DNA of 53,126 nucleotides from Perkinsus olseni (Eukaryota): NCBI GenBank assembly GCA_013115125.1, contig JABANN010000205.1, positions 1 to 53,126 of the forward strand, read 5' to 3'. Shown piece by piece: positions 49,798 to 53,126 of this stretch (position 1 is its first letter; each line of letters starts with the position of its first letter). The notes under the pieces were generated by a model. It saw only the letters and a program-made list of their open reading frames with translations, ran no database searches and was not told where the DNA came from. The position numbers and the translations under genes were made by a program.

Positions 49798-50254
49798 TCA
49801 GCAGTTCTTCACTCTGTCAAGGCACTCCCACATCATTATGGAATTGCCGCGGATGACCACCATGCCAATCTCGCGTTTCTCCGTCCTGGAAACTAGTTCC
49901 ACCTGCCGAAGGAACCGTCATTAACGCAGACCAGGAGCACAAGCCAGTAAAACGGAGATTTCTGGCCATGGCCCTACTACCGCGTTGTCGAGCACGAGAT
50001 TCATGAATTGGTCGTATCCCCGTACGACTCCGACAACGTGGCGGTCGGCGTTGAGCTTAACTAAAGAGAGAAATCTTTGAACGACATGCCGTACGACTCA
50101 TTGAAGCCAGCACGCCGTCCGACCAGCCCAGGGATAAGAGTACCCACTAAGCGACACTCCGGGCGCATATAATACCATCTATCCTCTTCTCCATGAATCT
50201 ACGGAGATCCGCTCCGGCGCCAGCCTTCGGAATAGAAGCGTGACTTGACGACAT
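49798..50254 (-). CDS. SNRPG: Small nuclear ribonucleoprotein G (Sm G); 3 exons
   Basis: MSSSHASIPKAGAGADLRRFMEKRID|VKLNADRHVVGVVRGYDQFMNLVLDNA|VELVSRTEKREIGMVVIRGNSIMMWECLDRVKNC* carries the Sm1 and Sm2 motifs characteristic of SmG. Confidence 0.95.
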
Positions 50255-50661
50255 GTTAGAGGAGTAACGGAAAATCGCTGATTCCAACATTCATGATACC
50301 TGCTCAACCGGGACACGTCGCATTTTCATTAGCCTGCCGAAATCTGGTACTGATCGCCCTCATGTCACAAAAGATGACATAGCAGAGTCCGTCGCACCGC
50401 CTCCAAGCTCCCAGCGCGGGAGCACACCAGACGAGTACTTTCGGCTTGCATAGAACCTCGCAGCTGTTCAAGAAATGAACAAGACTGACAACGAGTCCCA
50501 GATTATGCACCCCGAGCACGCCATTCAGAGCACGTTCCGAGCTTTGACTCGCGTAGACCAAGTAACGACCAAGATGTTGTAGAAACAGCACTTATTGTAC
50601 AGAGAGTAAATACTTAAGTACTCACAGTATCTGTGAGCTCCTGGGCTTGGATATAACAGAA

Positions 50662-52655
50662 TCACAGTTGACCGGGTGATGCGAAGGTCTTATCCTTGCA
50701 TAACTCCTCTAAGCCTTCGCCTCGATAAGATACAAGAGGAGAAACCTCGAAAAGATCTTCCCCAACGACGTGCCCCCCAGCAGTCTCGATCCACCGCCTG
50801 AACGAAGTCAAACTGCCAACAACGACCACGGCAGCTGGATCACTCACTTGCACATGTCCGAGATGGCCTTCCTAGCTGTATCGGGGGAGTCCTGGTCGGC
50901 GCCAGAAGGGTTCTTGATTGGTGTGAACTCTTCTTCCCGCTTGCACTCGAAGACAACCGAACGTTCAGCCATCTCAAAAGCATCAAATATGAAAGCCTCA
51001 AGCTTGACACCATTATTCGACTTCGGCTTGACGGTCTCTCCTGAACAAAGCACGCTAGCCCCTAACAGCTCAAACTTTCACCTGCCTTACCCTTCTCATC
51101 AGCGCTGGCGATCTTCTTGTACGCCAAATGGTAACGACTATTCATCCTGGAAATCGCGTCTCTTAGGAACCCGACAGAGTAGAAATGGTTGCAGATGTTT
51201 CCGGCGCCAAAGAGAAGCTTGCCGTCTTCGCCCACGGCTCTCACCATCGGGTTGTCGATACCGGCTGCGGGATTGTACCTAGAAAGAAGACCGATAACTT
51301 CCACAAAGAGCTTCGCAAAGGATGGAGTACTAATGAGAATGTCTTGATGAACGAGAGGACGAACCGGAGGAAAATTGACGCGAGTTTGACCAAATCCCGG
51401 AGCATTACAGGTCCGAGTATTCCACAACGGAGCACTTGCCATTCTTGGTCGCGATAACGCCGACCTTCTCATCCCAAGAGGACTTCCAGACAACCTTATT
51501 GCCAACCTGAGCAACATCCCGATGCGATCGTAGCGAATCAGTCAAACAGCTCCGACCTGAGCGTTCTTCTCGATGCAGTAGCCCACGAACCACGGATCCG
51601 CTGGCTTGAGGATAGCATTATCCACCGAGAAGACGTGAAGATACTTCACACCCCAGGCTTCCAACTTCGACAGGACCTAGGAACGAAGAGTGTGCCGTGA
51701 AGACGTTCGTTGATTTCACACGCACCCCTTCCTTCTCCAGAGCGTAGTAGAGGCCTCCATTTCCATCGGGGCTGACGCTAACCTTCGACTTGGACTCGAG
51801 AATGAGATTTCCGTCAAGCGACAGAGCGGGAAGAGTTCCTGAAGATATGACATGTATGGTTGGGAACAAGTATCCACAGCGCCAACCCACGAAGTTCCGA
51901 GCGAGGAACTCACCTTGGGGGAAGAATACAACATCCTCTTGTGGGTAGCCAAAGAAATCGTGGTCTTTGAAAAACTGCTTGACAGAGCTATGATTCAACG
52001 GAGAAGTCATCACCAAGAAAGGGAGGCGTGCGGACGGCTTGCCAGACAAGGTCCTACGAAAACATCAGATACACCCGATAAAAACCTCCGTCGTGCTTAC
52101 TTCAACCTAGTCAGCCTTTCAGTAAATAGTTGAAAGATCGGTTTGGCGCTAGGAAGCCCAATGTTAACCATGCCCTTGGATTCGTGCACACCGAGGCCCA
52201 TCCTACTGCCCTGACCACCAGCCAACACGCATCCGGCAACCTGGCCGGCAGCCACTGCTGAGAGCCCAAGGGCCTGAATATGAGGCATAAACATTTCCTC
52301 TCGGGGAAAATGAAGGTACCTCCCAACGCTTGACGTCTTCCGGGGTCATGGCACTCAGCTTCATCACATCGTTGTCGTTCGGTGGCTCATAGTCAGCGTC
52401 GGCCGTCTCTGACTTGAGATCTTCTTTGGCCTGAGGGACACTGCGCAAAAAGTCCACAAAAATAACCAGCGGTACCTTCTCAACGCTAGCCTCAATGCTG
52501 GGATAATCGATTCTCTTGAGCTGTTCGATGAGAGTTTGGGCCTCCTCCTCGGAGCACATGCCGTTGTCAATGAACTTGAAAACGTGGGACTGTCCCCATC
52601 CCTCGAACTTAGTCCTAAGGTCGCTGGGGACCGTGGCTGCTGTTGACGCTACCAT
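50662..52655 (-). CDS. UAP1: UDP-N-acetylglucosamine pyrophosphorylase (multi-exon)
   Basis: Motifs GQSHVF, LAGGQGSRMG, FLVMTS, FFPQGTLP, SPDGNGGLY, VVEYSDL, AGNICNHF, KLEAFIFDAF, REEEFTPIKN and EVSPLVSYRGEGL. Confidence 0.96.
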
Positions 52656-53126
52656 AATAGAGAAGCTAGACAGGTAAAAGAAACGAAGGATACTGTCCAA
52701 TGGAAAACTAGCAATGCGCGCTTCGTGTCGAAGGTATGATGCCTAAGATCCCCTTCCCCCACTTTCACACGACGCTCGCTCAATAAGCCTCGTTCGATCT
52801 GGAGTCCATTTTGTGCGAGCGACGAGTGGGAAGCATCATCAAGGAGTAGTAGCAATAGCAACCGTAGTAGTTGCTATCGTAGTAAGTGGCTATTGTTGTG
52901 AGCCAATGCACACCGATACGGTGGTGATACTGCCTCAATATCTTATCGACACAAGAGCATAACACGCAGCTAGAAGAGCTAGGTAAGTGCGGTATTAGGG
53001 TGACACCCAGCCCTTGTAGACTTGGGTAAGTGAGGAGGTTGGACGGTATGGGCGTAGCTAGAGGTGTCAGAGACAGCTACGTGCCCCGGCTCTAGGGCAA
53101 CATTGTACGCAACGCAAAATTGTAGT

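Overview
Gene-dense eukaryotic genomic DNA, not prokaryotic: roughly balanced GC and many short (about 45-60 nt) GT-AG introns. The intron style and protein families suggest an alveolate, most likely Perkinsus (inference, no search run). Genes were reconstructed by manual splicing, so most ORF-track entries are exon fragments or antisense shadows. Contents in order: three tandem CCCH zinc-finger paralogues (intact, insertion-disrupted, decayed); a double-reticulon protein; a probable decayed LTR-retrotransposon remnant; a universal stress protein with a mitochondrial-type presequence; RIB43A head-to-head with tRNA-Ser(UGA); a Mei2-like RRM gene with an upstream Zn-finger region; a small EF-hand gene; a large coiled-coil/EF-hand gene; an LRR+PDZ gene; a nocturnin-like phosphatase; a large unknown gene; a secreted acidic protein; an ELAV-like RRM protein; SmG; and UAP1. 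The most striking structure is the coiled-coil gene. It is built from two arrays of homologous symmetric exons (69-nt phase-0 'YGDP' exons and 66/78-nt phase-2 His-periodic exons), and one of its introns holds two abutting perfect palindromes. No CRISPR array or rRNA was seen.
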